Of a stretch of 64,000 bases of DNA, positions 18,208 through 27,872 are shown one piece after another. The translations under genes and the position numbers were made by a program. Below the pieces are notes generated by a model that did not search any database, was not told where the DNA came from, and worked only from the letters and a program-made list of their open reading frames with translations. The DNA is from an uncultured Clostridia bacterium. GTDB taxonomy: Bacteria > Bacillota > Clostridia > Christensenellales > UBA1242. Each line of letters opens with the position of its first letter. Positions within the stretch are counted from its first letter, which is position 1. Where the stretch lies: contig CAKVMD010000004.1 in the NCBI GenBank assembly GCA_934771475.1, forward strand, positions 1,190 through 65,189, written 5' to 3'.

Positions 18208-19515
18208 TTATCTTAATTTTTCAAGGCATTCTTCTTTGGTTAAACTTTCCTGGTCGCCAGTGGCCATATTTTTAAGAGCAAATCTTCCTGATTTGACCTC
18301 ATCTTCGCCTACAACTATAATGTAAGGAACTGCTTTTTTGTTTGCTTCTTTCATTTTAGATTTAAAAGAGCGGTCAGAGTAATTAACCATGCAATTAATC
18401 TCTTTTGAAAAGAAAGATTGAAGTTTTATGCATTCGCTCAAAGTATCTCCAAGAGGGATGATTTCAAGTTTTGCATTAGTTTCAGCGTGCGCTGGTAACA
18501 GGTTGTTTTGGTCGAGGAGGTCAAAGAGGCGGGTAAGGCCAATACTAAAACCAACCCCGGGAAGTTTCTTTTCGGTAAAATATTCAGCAAGGTTGTCGTA
18601 TCTTCCACCGCCTGCAACGGTCATAAACTCAGGGTGCTCAGGCACAATAGCCTCAAACACGGTTCCGGTGTAGTAGTTTTGTCCGCGGATAATTGATATA
18701 TCAAGAGATATTCGCTCATCACTTATTCCGTACGCCTTAATATATTTATTTAACTCTTTAAGGTCGCAAATCCCTTTTTGGTAGGTTTCGTTTTGGGATA
18801 AATTTTCAATGTTTTTGAGAACTTCATCGAAATTCCCTTTTTGAGCGGTTAGCAAAAGCAATTTTTGCGCGTCTGTCTCATTTATGCCAAGGTCTTTAAG
18901 GCAATCAAGTGCGTTTTCTTTGCCAATCTTATCTATTTTGTCGAGAATGATTAATATCTCTTGTGTTTGGTCTTTAAGAGAAAGTTCTTCACAATATCCA
19001 AATAAAATGTTTCTATTTGAAACCCTGTTTAAAATGTTAAGGTTGAAGGCCTTAAATACTTCATCTACAAGGTGCAAACATTCTGCGTCTGCTGCTATTG
19101 GAAGGGTGTCTTGTCCGATAATATCGGCATCACATTGAATAAACTCTCTAAATCTTCCCTTTTGCGCTTTTTCGCCACGGAAAACTTTTCCTATTTGAAA
19201 TCTTTTAAATGGGAAAATTAAGTTATCAGCATTCATAGCAACAAATCTTGCAAGGGGAACAGTAAGGTCATAACGCATACAAAGTTCGTTATCTCCTTTT
19301 TTGAAAGCATAGACCTCTTTATCAATAGACCCGCCACTTTTGGCGAAGAGAATTTCACCAAGTTCAAGGACTGGAGTGTCGAGGGGCATAAATCCCGCAG
19401 ATGAGTAAACTTTTTCAATTTTTCTTTTCATATCGTCAAGCAAGACTTGCTTGCTTGGCATAAGTTCCATGAACCCCGCCAATTTTCGAGGGGTTATGAT
19501 TTTTTTCGCTGTCAT
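18208..19515 (-). CDS. hisS: histidine--tRNA ligase
   Basis: Class II motifs (RYDLTVPLARF, FRGEKAQKGRFREFIQCD, GGGRYDNL) and a C-terminal anticodon-binding domain. Confidence 0.9.
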   Translation of the reverse strand: MTAKKIITPRKLAGFMELMPSKQVLLDDMKRKIEKVYSSAGFMPLDTPVLELGEILFAKSGGSIDKEVYAFKKGDNELCMRYDLTVPLARFVAMNADNLIFPFKRFQIGKVFRGEKAQKGRFREFIQCDADIIGQDTLPIAADAECLHLVDEVFKAFNLNILNRVSNRNILFGYCEELSLKDQTQEILIILDKIDKIGKENALDCLKDLGINETDAQKLLLLTAQKGNFDEVLKNIENLSQNETYQKGICDLKELNKYIKAYGISDERISLDISIIRGQNYYTGTVFEAIVPEHPEFMTVAGGGRYDNLAEYFTEKKLPGVGFSIGLTRLFDLLDQNNLLPAHAETNAKLEIIPLGDTLSECIKLQSFFSKEINCMVNYSDRSFKSKMKEANKKAVPYIIVVGEDEVKSGRFALKNMATGDQESLTKEECLEKLR

Positions 19516-19782
19516 AATGACTCCTTTTCAAGGATATTTTACACTATAAAAGAGAAATATCCAAATGATTTTTGTTTTCGTTTGTAACAAAATAGGTTTC
19601 TTTTTTATGAAAGTGTACATTTATGCATAATATTCATTTTTCTCACGCTAAAATGATTAAATTAAGACCATTTTGCTAAGCGAAAATATTGTGTTTTAAA
19701 TGTCCTATTTCGCATTGAAAGTTATAAAAATATATTCTTTATATCCAAAAACTAGCATGACTGTTATGAGTTATAAACATAA

Positions 19783-19800
19783 GTTATCCACATTTCCACA
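19783..19800 (+). promoter_or_regulatory. perfect DnaA box TTATCCACA plus adjacent TTTCCACA
   Basis: 9/9 match to the consensus at 19784-19792. The 17-mer gttatccacatttccac recurs 95 bp downstream. Confidence 0.6.
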
Positions 19801-19877
19801 AGTAAATATTTATGCATAACCGCTTATTTTTATGCAAAATAAGTAATTTTGTCGTTTTCAACCTTGCAGAAGAGGTA

Positions 19878-19895
19878 GTTATCCACATTTCCACT
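19878..19895 (+). promoter_or_regulatory. second perfect DnaA box TTATCCACA plus TTTCCACT
   Basis: 9/9 match at 19879-19887, in the same orientation as the first. Confidence 0.6.
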
Positions 19896-20163
19896 GATAA
19901 ATTTTCAAAAATGCCCAATTTTGTAAAAACAGTGCATTTTTTCTATGTTTTTTTATTAATTCTCTTTTTAAGAGAGATTTTTTGTCGAAATTTTTGTAAA
20001 AATTTACTTAAAAAAGTTGACAAATTTAAAATTACAATTTTGAGAGAAAATGTGCAAGTATAAATCGTGGTGGCGGTAGATTATGTTTTGTTATTAATGT
20101 TTCGTAAATTTGGTTCTTTAATAATCAATCAAAGTGCTGATTGGTGGTTACATAGCTAGGATT

Positions 20164-22209
20164 TTAAACTTTTAAGAATTTACTTACTTTGCTGTCGGTT
20201 GTAAAAAATAGTTTATGAAGTGCCCTTGTGCTTGAAACATATAAAATGTTTTTATCAACAGGGTTATTGTAATTTTCTTCGCTGGCATTTGGGACGATGA
20301 CAGCATCAAATTCAATTCCCTTTGCGCTTGCGCAGGTGGCGACAAGGACGCGGTTATTGTAATCCTCTGCATCTTTCATCAGTGAGGCGTCAATCTTTTT
20401 GCTTAAAGCATTATATACCTCTTGTGCTTCGCGGTTGCATTTGCAAATTATAGCGATGTGCTCAAAGGATTTGCACTCTTCATTTATAATTTTAACCATT
20501 TCGTCAATTTGTTTCTGGGTCTGTATGATTTTAGGTTCGTCTCCGTTTCTATTTACAAATTCCACATCATCTTTTCCGATAATTTTGCTTGCAAACATTG
20601 CGATTTGTCTGGTCGAACGGTAAGTTTTGTTGAGATGAATAAGTTTGCATCCCAAAAAGTCGCTTGTCAGACTTAGGTATTCTTCTGGAAGTGATTTTTC
20701 AATGCATTGGTTAATATCACCTACGATGATGCAAGGGCAAGTCCACAATTTTTTGAAGATATAAATATCAACAGGGGTGAAGTCTTGCATTTCATCAATA
20801 ATCAAATATTTGGCCGAAAAATCATGGTCGAAGCCGAAGAAATAATGTTTAATGAGCATATAAGTGCCCTTGTCCATGTAGCCTATCTTGCCATTTTTTG
20901 AATAAGAAAGTCCCTCGCGAGTCATAAATATTTCAAAAATTTTGTCAATGTCTGTGATAGGGAAAAATTTGTATAAAAGTTTTTTGAAGCGCTCTTTTAA
21001 ACCTCTGTTTTGCTCTTTGGTATATCCGCGAAGTTTCGTAAAGCGCATAGCATACTGCCATGCAATTTTGTTTATTCTTTCGTAAATATCAAGTCCTTTA
21101 AAAGTCTTAAAAAACAAGGTTTTAGTTTCTTCGTCTGTAAAGTCAAGGGTTTCTGTGTTGCCTTCAATGTCTTCGCTTATCACAAAGGATAATGTTTTGG
21201 GCGCAAAGGTTTCAAGCATTGCCCCTTTTAAAAAGCGCAAAAGTGAATCTAAAAATTCGTAAGAAGATTTATATGATATTTCATTTAACACTTTTTGTTT
21301 TGGGGCAGAAGCAATTTCATCAAGCATATTTTCGCGTGATTGAATTTGTCTTTTTAGTTCATTTCGGACAATATCAGCAAAAGTGGTTTCTGTAAGGTTA
21401 TCTTCACCTAGTTGAGGTAACACCTCACTGATATAACTTGAAAATATATTATTTGGCGATAAGATTAATATATCGCTACTTTTTATTTGATTTCTAAATT
21501 TATAAAGTAAGTATGCGGCTCGGTGAAGAGCGATTGAGGTCTTTCCAGAACCGGCAATTCCTTGCACGAAAATGTTTTCGTCCACATCTTTTCTTACGAT
21601 TTGGTTTTGCTCCTTTTGAATAGAGGAGACAATTTGTTTCATTTTAGTCGATACATTTCGAGAGAGAATTTCTCTCAAAATTTCATCGTTAACTGTAACA
21701 TCACTATCAAAATAGTTTACAAGTTGGCCATCCTCAATCTTGTATTGTCTTTTAAGGGCGATTTCGCCATCTATAACTCTGCCACTTGCGGTGAAAGACG
21801 CTTTGCCTATTTCGTAGTCGTAATAAAGGCTACTTACAGGTGCGCGCCAGTCAACAACTAAAATTTTTTGTCCGCTTGTGATATTGCCTATTCCAATGTA
21901 AATTTTTTGTGTGTTTTCTTTCCCTGTTGCTTTAAAGTCAACTCGTGCAAAATATGGGAGCGCCTTTTGTCTTTCAAGTTTTTTGACCTCATCGTGAGCC
22001 TCGTGCTCTAAAAGTTCAGTCTCATTGATTTGAACACCAATAGCCGAAAGGTCATCTCCGCGTGAAAGTTCGCCAAAGTTTTCTTTTGTGTAGCGTATTT
22101 TTTCTTTAAGTAAGGCTGTGAGCGAGTCTGCTCGCTGTTTACATTGGGTAAGTTTTGAGTCTATGGTTTTAAGTACGGTTTTAAGATATTCTTGCTCGTT
22201 TATGTCCAT
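20164..22209 (-). CDS. helD: HelD-type (helicase IV) UvrD-like ATPase
   Basis: N-terminal PYFARVDF motif, Walker A GIAGSGKTS, DEMQD Walker B-like motif, C-terminal UvrD-like domain. Confidence 0.8.
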   Translation of the reverse strand: MDINEQEYLKTVLKTIDSKLTQCKQRADSLTALLKEKIRYTKENFGELSRGDDLSAIGVQINETELLEHEAHDEVKKLERQKALPYFARVDFKATGKENTQKIYIGIGNITSGQKILVVDWRAPVSSLYYDYEIGKASFTASGRVIDGEIALKRQYKIEDGQLVNYFDSDVTVNDEILREILSRNVSTKMKQIVSSIQKEQNQIVRKDVDENIFVQGIAGSGKTSIALHRAAYLLYKFRNQIKSSDILILSPNNIFSSYISEVLPQLGEDNLTETTFADIVRNELKRQIQSRENMLDEIASAPKQKVLNEISYKSSYEFLDSLLRFLKGAMLETFAPKTLSFVISEDIEGNTETLDFTDEETKTLFFKTFKGLDIYERINKIAWQYAMRFTKLRGYTKEQNRGLKERFKKLLYKFFPITDIDKIFEIFMTREGLSYSKNGKIGYMDKGTYMLIKHYFFGFDHDFSAKYLIIDEMQDFTPVDIYIFKKLWTCPCIIVGDINQCIEKSLPEEYLSLTSDFLGCKLIHLNKTYRSTRQIAMFASKIIGKDDVEFVNRNGDEPKIIQTQKQIDEMVKIINEECKSFEHIAIICKCNREAQEVYNALSKKIDASLMKDAEDYNNRVLVATCASAKGIEFDAVIVPNASEENYNNPVDKNILYVSSTRALHKLFFTTDSKVSKFLKV

Positions 22210-22232
22210 ATCTTTCTCCCTTTAACAAATAT

Positions 22233-22327
22233 GCCTTGATGGGTCGTTTGCCGTTGGCAAACGATGAAAAGCGAAACTTTTTCGCTTTTGCTGGTTGCGC
22301 TTTTCGCGCAATCAGCACCATCAAGGC
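22233..22327 (-). other. 95-nt perfect four-way-junction (cloverleaf-shaped) element
   Basis: Closing stem 22233-22242/22318-22327 (10 bp). It encloses hairpins of 9 bp (22244-22264), 10 bp (22267-22289) and 11 bp (22290-22316). Loops are 3, 3 and 5 nt. Confidence 0.6.
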
Positions 22328-22348
22328 ACTGTTTGAAATTATATTTAA

Positions 22349-24913
22349 TTACTCTTCGGAGTTATTTTCTTCCAAGTTTTCTTGACGCTCAATTATAGCA
22401 TCTTCACCTTGGTTTGTCAAGTCATTTGCGTTTTCGTCCACAAGGGGAGTTTCTTCACTTTCGTCTTTTTCAAGCAAAGCAACGCTTACGACAGAGTTCT
22501 CATCTTTAAGACGCATAACTTTAACGCCTTGGCTTACTCTGGATAGAGCAGAAATTTGTTCAAGAGGGGTTCTTATAACCACTCCGTTGTCGGCAACGAG
22601 AAGAATGTCATTGTCTTCAAATGATTGTTTAAGAGCAACAAGTTTTCCTGTTTTTTCGTTAAATACGCCGGCTTTAACACCCATACCACCACGAGATTGA
22701 AGTCTAAACTCACTAGTTGGGCAACGCTTTCCATATCCGCGTTCTGAAATTGTTACAATTTGAGAATTTTCTTTGACAACTGCCATGTCAACGATGTAGT
22801 CATCTCCTGTAAGTTTCATGCTTCTAACGCCTTGGCTATCACGCCCCATGCTACGAACATCTTGCTCGTTGAAGCGAATTGCTTTTCCATGGTGAGATGC
22901 AATTAAGATATCATCGTTTCCACTTGCCACTTCAACGCCGATAAGTTCGTCGTTTTCAAGGAGGTGAATTGCAATTTTGCCTACTTTACGGATAGATTCA
23001 AATTCTTTAAGTGGAGTCTTTTTAATAAGCCCATTGCGTGTTGCCATTATAAGGCTTCCGCTTGCGTCTTCCTTTCTAGGAATAACAGCGCTTATCTTTT
23101 CGCCTTCGCTGAGCATAAGGAGGTTGATTATTGCTCTTCCTTTTGCAGTGCGTTGTGCCTCAGGAATTTCGTATGCCTTAATGCAATAAACGCGTCCCTT
23201 GTTAGAGAAGAAGAGGAGGTCGTCATGAGAGCAAGTTACAAACATGGTTTTAACAAAATCTTCTTCCTTTGTCTTATGTGCTGTTACGCCCACGCCACCG
23301 CGGTTTTGTGATTTGTATTCGCTTGCGCTCATACGCTTAATATATCCTTGGCTTGTAAGTGAAACCACAACATCTTCTTTTGGAATAAGGTCAGCAATAT
23401 CAATTCCGCCCGCGTCAAGAGATATTTCGCTCTTTCTTGCGTCTCCGTAAGTTTGTTTAATTTGTTCAAAGTTATCGCGAAGAATTTGAAGTACTCTTTC
23501 AGGTTTTTCGAGGATGTCTTTAAGGTCGGCAATCTTTTCATCGAGTTCTTTAAGTTCTTCATTTAACTTTTCAACTTCAAGAGAGGTGAGTTTTGACAAA
23601 CGCATATCAAGTATAGCGTTGGCTTGAATTTCATCAAGTGCAAACTTTTCTGTAAGTTTTGTCAAAGCATCTTGTCTGTCGTTTGAAGTTTTGATAACTC
23701 TTATAACTTCATCAATGTTTGCAAGCGCGATTACAAGACCTTTAACAATATGTTCACGCTCTTCTGTTCTGACAAGGTCAAAGCGAGTTTTGCGCGTTAA
23801 AACCTCTTTTTGGTGTTCGAGGTAATAGTAAAGCATTTCTTTAAGGTTCAATATTCTAGGTGTTCTTCCAACAAGGGCGAGGAATATAATTCCGCTACTC
23901 TTTTGAAGTTGGGTTTGTTTGTAAAGAGAGTTGAGCACCACTTGCGCATTGGCATCTTTTTTAATATCAACCACAATTCTCATTCCGTGGCGGTCTGATT
24001 CTTCTTTGATGTCGCTTATGCCTTCAAGGCGCTTGTTTTTAACGAGGTCTGCCATTTGAATAATGAGTTGCGCTTTATTTACTTGGTAAGGAAGTTCGGT
24101 GATGATAATTCTGCTTCTTCCGCTTGCAGTTTCTTCAATTTCCGCTCTTCCGCGAACAACGATGCCACCTCTTCCAGTTTTGTACGCATTTTTAACAGCC
24201 GCTCTTCCCATTATGATACCACCAGTAGGGTAGTCAGGCGCTGGGATATATTTTATAAGGTCGTCAATTTCAATGTCAGGGTTGTCAATAAGTGCTTGCA
24301 ACCCATTTAAAACTTCTGTGAGGTTGTGAGGAGGGATGTTTGTTGCCATACCAACCGCAATTCCGTCTGCTCCGTTAACTAGAAGGTTGGGGAATTTTGC
24401 GGGAAGCACAACAGGTTCCTGACGCTGGTTGTCATAGTTTGGAGTAAAGTCGACAGTATCAGAGTCGATGTCTTCCAGCATAAGACCAGCAATTTTTGAA
24501 AGTTTTGCTTCGGTGTAACGATAAGCCGCAGGAGGGTCTCCGTCCACAGAACCAAAGTTACCTTGTCCATATACGAGAGGGTATCTTATTGAGAAGTCCT
24601 GTGCAAGGCGAACGAGTGCGTCATAGATTGAACTATCACCATGTGGGTGATATCTTCCCATAACCGTACCTACGATGTTTGCACTTTTAACAGTTTGTCT
24701 GTCAAAGGTGTTGTTCATTTCGCCCATTCCAAACAAAATTCTTCTGTGAACAGGTTTGAGCCCGTCTCTTACATCAGGGATGGCACGCGAAACATTGACA
24801 GCCATAGCATAAGATAGGAAAGAATCTTTAAGGTTTTCAACAGTGTCGCATTTTTCTATTTTTGTGTCTTGAAACAATTCTTCAAGAGGCTTTTTGTTGT
24901 TATGATTATCCAT
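22349..24913 (-). CDS. gyrA: DNA gyrase subunit A
   Basis: DGLKPVHRR, the active-site region AAYRYTEAK, and C-terminal beta-pinwheel repeats. Confidence 0.95.
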   Translation of the reverse strand: MDNHNNKKPLEELFQDTKIEKCDTVENLKDSFLSYAMAVNVSRAIPDVRDGLKPVHRRILFGMGEMNNTFDRQTVKSANIVGTVMGRYHPHGDSSIYDALVRLAQDFSIRYPLVYGQGNFGSVDGDPPAAYRYTEAKLSKIAGLMLEDIDSDTVDFTPNYDNQRQEPVVLPAKFPNLLVNGADGIAVGMATNIPPHNLTEVLNGLQALIDNPDIEIDDLIKYIPAPDYPTGGIIMGRAAVKNAYKTGRGGIVVRGRAEIEETASGRSRIIITELPYQVNKAQLIIQMADLVKNKRLEGISDIKEESDRHGMRIVVDIKKDANAQVVLNSLYKQTQLQKSSGIIFLALVGRTPRILNLKEMLYYYLEHQKEVLTRKTRFDLVRTEEREHIVKGLVIALANIDEVIRVIKTSNDRQDALTKLTEKFALDEIQANAILDMRLSKLTSLEVEKLNEELKELDEKIADLKDILEKPERVLQILRDNFEQIKQTYGDARKSEISLDAGGIDIADLIPKEDVVVSLTSQGYIKRMSASEYKSQNRGGVGVTAHKTKEEDFVKTMFVTCSHDDLLFFSNKGRVYCIKAYEIPEAQRTAKGRAIINLLMLSEGEKISAVIPRKEDASGSLIMATRNGLIKKTPLKEFESIRKVGKIAIHLLENDELIGVEVASGNDDILIASHHGKAIRFNEQDVRSMGRDSQGVRSMKLTGDDYIVDMAVVKENSQIVTISERGYGKRCPTSEFRLQSRGGMGVKAGVFNEKTGKLVALKQSFEDNDILLVADNGVVIRTPLEQISALSRVSQGVKVMRLKDENSVVSVALLEKDESEETPLVDENANDLTNQGEDAIIERQENLEENNSEE

Positions 24914-24925
24914 TTTTTTCTCCTT

Positions 24926-26890
24926 TTAGACATCAAGGTCGGTTACACGCCAAGCGTTCTCTTCAATGAACCTGCGTCTAATATCACTGTCTTCACCCAT
25001 GAGGTCGTTAAAGTATTTGTCCGCATCAATAGCATCTTCCATTGTAAGTTGAATCAATGTTCTATGTTCAGGGTCCATAGTTGTTTCCCAAAGTTGGTCA
25101 GCATCCATTTCACCAAGACCTTTGTATCTGGCTTGCGTGCAACCCTTTCTGCCATTGGCTTGATACCATGCTTCAAGTTCGTCATCACTATAAAAATAGA
25201 AAAGTTCCTTATTTCTTACAACCTTATATAGTGGTGGCTTTGCCGAATAAACGTGTCCGTGTTCAATAAGAGGACGCATATATCTGAAAAAGAATGTAAG
25301 CAAAAGTATTCTAATATGAGCACCATCGACATCGGCATCGGTCATACAAACGATTTTGTCATAGCGAAGTTTTTCTTCGTTAAATTCACTTCCAATTCCA
25401 CAGCCGAGAGCGGTGATAATTGATTTTATGGCATCACTTTCAAGCACTTTGTTCATTCTAACTTTTTCAACATTCAAGATTTTTCCACGAAGAGGTAAAA
25501 TTGCTTGGAAGCGTCTGTCTCTTCCAGTTTTTGCTGTACCACCAGCGGAATCTCCTTCGACAATGTAGATTTCGCAAAATCTTCTATCCTTTTCACTGCA
25601 ATCTGCAAGTTTCCCAGGAAGAGTAGTGTTTTCAAGAACGCTCTTTCTGCGAGTAAGTTCTCTTGCATTTCTTGCTGCGTCTCTTGCGCGCTGAGCGGTG
25701 ATAGACTTTAAGATAAGGTTTCTTGCTTCGTTAGGGTGGCGGTCAAGATAGTCGCCAAATTCTTCAATAACAGCCTTGTAAACAAAGTTTCTCATCTCGC
25801 TGTTTCCAAGTTTGGTTTTTGTTTGACCTTCAAATTGAGGGTTGCGAAGTTTTACTGATATAACCGCAGTGATACCTTCACGGCAGTCTTCACCAGAAAG
25901 TTTTTCGCTTTCCTTGATTATTTTGTTTTGTACTGCATAGTCATTTATGACTTTTGTAAGCCCAGATTTAAATCCGTCAAGGTGCGTTCCGCCTTCCTCC
26001 GTGTTAATGTTGTTTGCATAAGCGTTTATTATTTCGCTGTAACCTTCGTTGAATTGGAAACAAACTTCAATTTCATTTTCAATTTGTCCGTCTTGTCCGT
26101 GGTTGAACTTATTAAAGTAAACAGGAGCAGATAAAAGTGTTTCACGATTTTTGTTAAGGTAGTCAACAAACTCAATAATTCCGCCTTTAAATTCAAAGAC
26201 TTCCTTGCGTTCTTGTCCCTCACGCTTATCTTCAAGTGAAATAACAAGACCTTTGTTTAAGAATGCGATTTCTCTGAAACGGTTTTTCATCGTATCGAAA
26301 TTGAAAACTGTGGTTTCAAAGATTTCTTCATCTGGAAGGAAAGTGATTGTTGTGCCTCGTCTGTCAGTTTTTCCAACTACTTCAAGTGGCCCAAGAGGTT
26401 TCCCGCGAGTAAACTCAATTTTATAATGTTGACCATTTTGGTAAACATCTGCTCTCATGTACTTTGAAAGAGCGTTTACACAACTTACGCCCACGCCGTG
26501 AAGACCGCCAGAAATCTTATAACCTTCACCACCGAATTTACCACCAGCGTGAAGTTTGGTTAAAACAACCTCCACCGCGCTTTTTCCTTCTTTTGGTATG
26601 ATGCCAGTTGGGATACCACGACCATTATCTATAACCGAGCAAGAACCGTCAAAATTGATAATAACTTCAATTTTTGTGCAGTAGCCAGCAAGTGCCTCAT
26701 CAATAGAGTTGTCGACAACTTCTGTTACGAGGTGGTGAAGTCCGTGTTCGTCAGTTGAACCAATATACATGCCTGGTCTTTTACGAACAGGTTCAAGACC
26801 TTCGAGAACTTGAATATCACCAGCGTCATACTTGACACTTTTGCCGATTTCTTTTTCGTCAATCTGTGTTTGATTTAATGTTTCGTCCAT
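24926..26890 (-). CDS. gyrB: DNA gyrase subunit B
   Basis: GHKL ATPase (GLHHLV, DNGRGIP), Toprim (EGDSAGG) and the PLRGKILNV motif. A 12-nt gap separates it from gyrA. Confidence 0.95.
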   Translation of the reverse strand: MDETLNQTQIDEKEIGKSVKYDAGDIQVLEGLEPVRKRPGMYIGSTDEHGLHHLVTEVVDNSIDEALAGYCTKIEVIINFDGSCSVIDNGRGIPTGIIPKEGKSAVEVVLTKLHAGGKFGGEGYKISGGLHGVGVSCVNALSKYMRADVYQNGQHYKIEFTRGKPLGPLEVVGKTDRRGTTITFLPDEEIFETTVFNFDTMKNRFREIAFLNKGLVISLEDKREGQERKEVFEFKGGIIEFVDYLNKNRETLLSAPVYFNKFNHGQDGQIENEIEVCFQFNEGYSEIINAYANNINTEEGGTHLDGFKSGLTKVINDYAVQNKIIKESEKLSGEDCREGITAVISVKLRNPQFEGQTKTKLGNSEMRNFVYKAVIEEFGDYLDRHPNEARNLILKSITAQRARDAARNARELTRRKSVLENTTLPGKLADCSEKDRRFCEIYIVEGDSAGGTAKTGRDRRFQAILPLRGKILNVEKVRMNKVLESDAIKSIITALGCGIGSEFNEEKLRYDKIVCMTDADVDGAHIRILLLTFFFRYMRPLIEHGHVYSAKPPLYKVVRNKELFYFYSDDELEAWYQANGRKGCTQARYKGLGEMDADQLWETTMDPEHRTLIQLTMEDAIDADKYFNDLMGEDSDIRRRFIEENAWRVTDLDV

Positions 26891-27077
26891 AAAAATTCTC
26901 CTATTTATTAGATAAATATATTATATATTAAATAATAGGAAAAATCAAGCCATTTTAAACATTTTAATAGCGTAAAATGACGCTAAAAAGCCCAAATTTG
27001 GCTTTTGTCAAAGTAATAGTGAAAAATCACTTGCAACAAGCCCTTAGAGGTGATACAATCAAACAAAAGGAACAGAA

Positions 27078-27686
27078 ATGACAGAAGAAACAAAAGAGCA
27101 CGCAATAGAAAATACTGAGAAATTAAATCAAATGAAAAGTGAAAATGAAACTTTATTAAATAAAAATAAAAGTGAGCCTAAGCTGGAAGATAAGCCTCCT
27201 TTTGAAGAAGGGGAGAGTAAAGACGGGCAAGAAGAAAACGCTTCAAAAGAAAACAAGAAGAAAGCATTTTTGCAGTTTGTAATTTTTGCGTTGTTTTCGG
27301 CTTCGGCGGGGATAATTCAAATGTTATCCTTTGAATGTCTTTATCACTGGATAGGTTGGGATAATTGGTGGGCAACTTATTTAATATCATTAACTTTGTC
27401 AGTTATTTGGAACTTTACATTTAATAGAAAGTTTACTTTCAAATCTTCAAGTAATGTACCTATTGCAATGACGCTGGTTTTACTTTACTATTGCGCTTTT
27501 ACTCCAATTTCAGTTTTTGGCGGACAGGCTCTTGAAAATGCAGGATGGAATGGAACGCTTGTTACTGTAATAATGATGCTACTCAATTTCGCCACAGAGT
27601 TCTTTTTTGATAAATATGTTACTTTCAACGATAAAGTGATAACTAAACTTGCTGAAAAGTTTTCAAAAAAGAAAAAAGATAATTGA
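27078..27686 (+). CDS. GtrA-family membrane protein with about 60-aa charged N-terminal extension
   Basis: 4 TM helices and the FNRKFTF motif. Confidence 0.7.
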   Translation: MTEETKEHAIENTEKLNQMKSENETLLNKNKSEPKLEDKPPFEEGESKDGQEENASKENKKKAFLQFVIFALFSASAGIIQMLSFECLYHWIGWDNWWATYLISLTLSVIWNFTFNRKFTFKSSSNVPIAMTLVLLYYCAFTPISVFGGQALENAGWNGTLVTVIMMLLNFATEFFFDKYVTFNDKVITKLAEKFSKKKKDN

Positions 27687-27872
27687 GGGGAAAATTTAAA
27701 ACAATTTTTTAATGCTTGAAATGTTTAAATCATGAAAAAAGCATATTGACTTTTTCAATATGCTTTTTTCATTGCAATTTTAGTGTTTTTTAATTTTAAA
27801 AACGCAAGCGTTATATTTTCGTAGTCATCAAAGGCAGAGGACTAAAAAAATAATAATAGGTGAGAAGAAACG

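Noticed and set aside
19516-19800. T-box leader upstream of hisS
   Set aside because: I found no T-box consensus (AAUUAGGGUGGUACCGCG-like) and no terminator/antiterminator pair on the minus strand here.
19812-20063. 83-aa ORF in the hisS-helD gap
   Set aside because: It has no RBS and a Phe/Leu/Lys-rich low-complexity product. It overlaps a DnaA box and T-rich DNA. It is probably non-coding.
19516-20163. Calling this gap the chromosomal origin (oriC)
   Set aside because: The window contains no dnaA or dnaN. Flanking genes on both sides (hisS, helD, gyrA, gyrB) are all on the minus strand, so there is no leading-strand orientation switch. It is kept only as a DnaA-box cluster.
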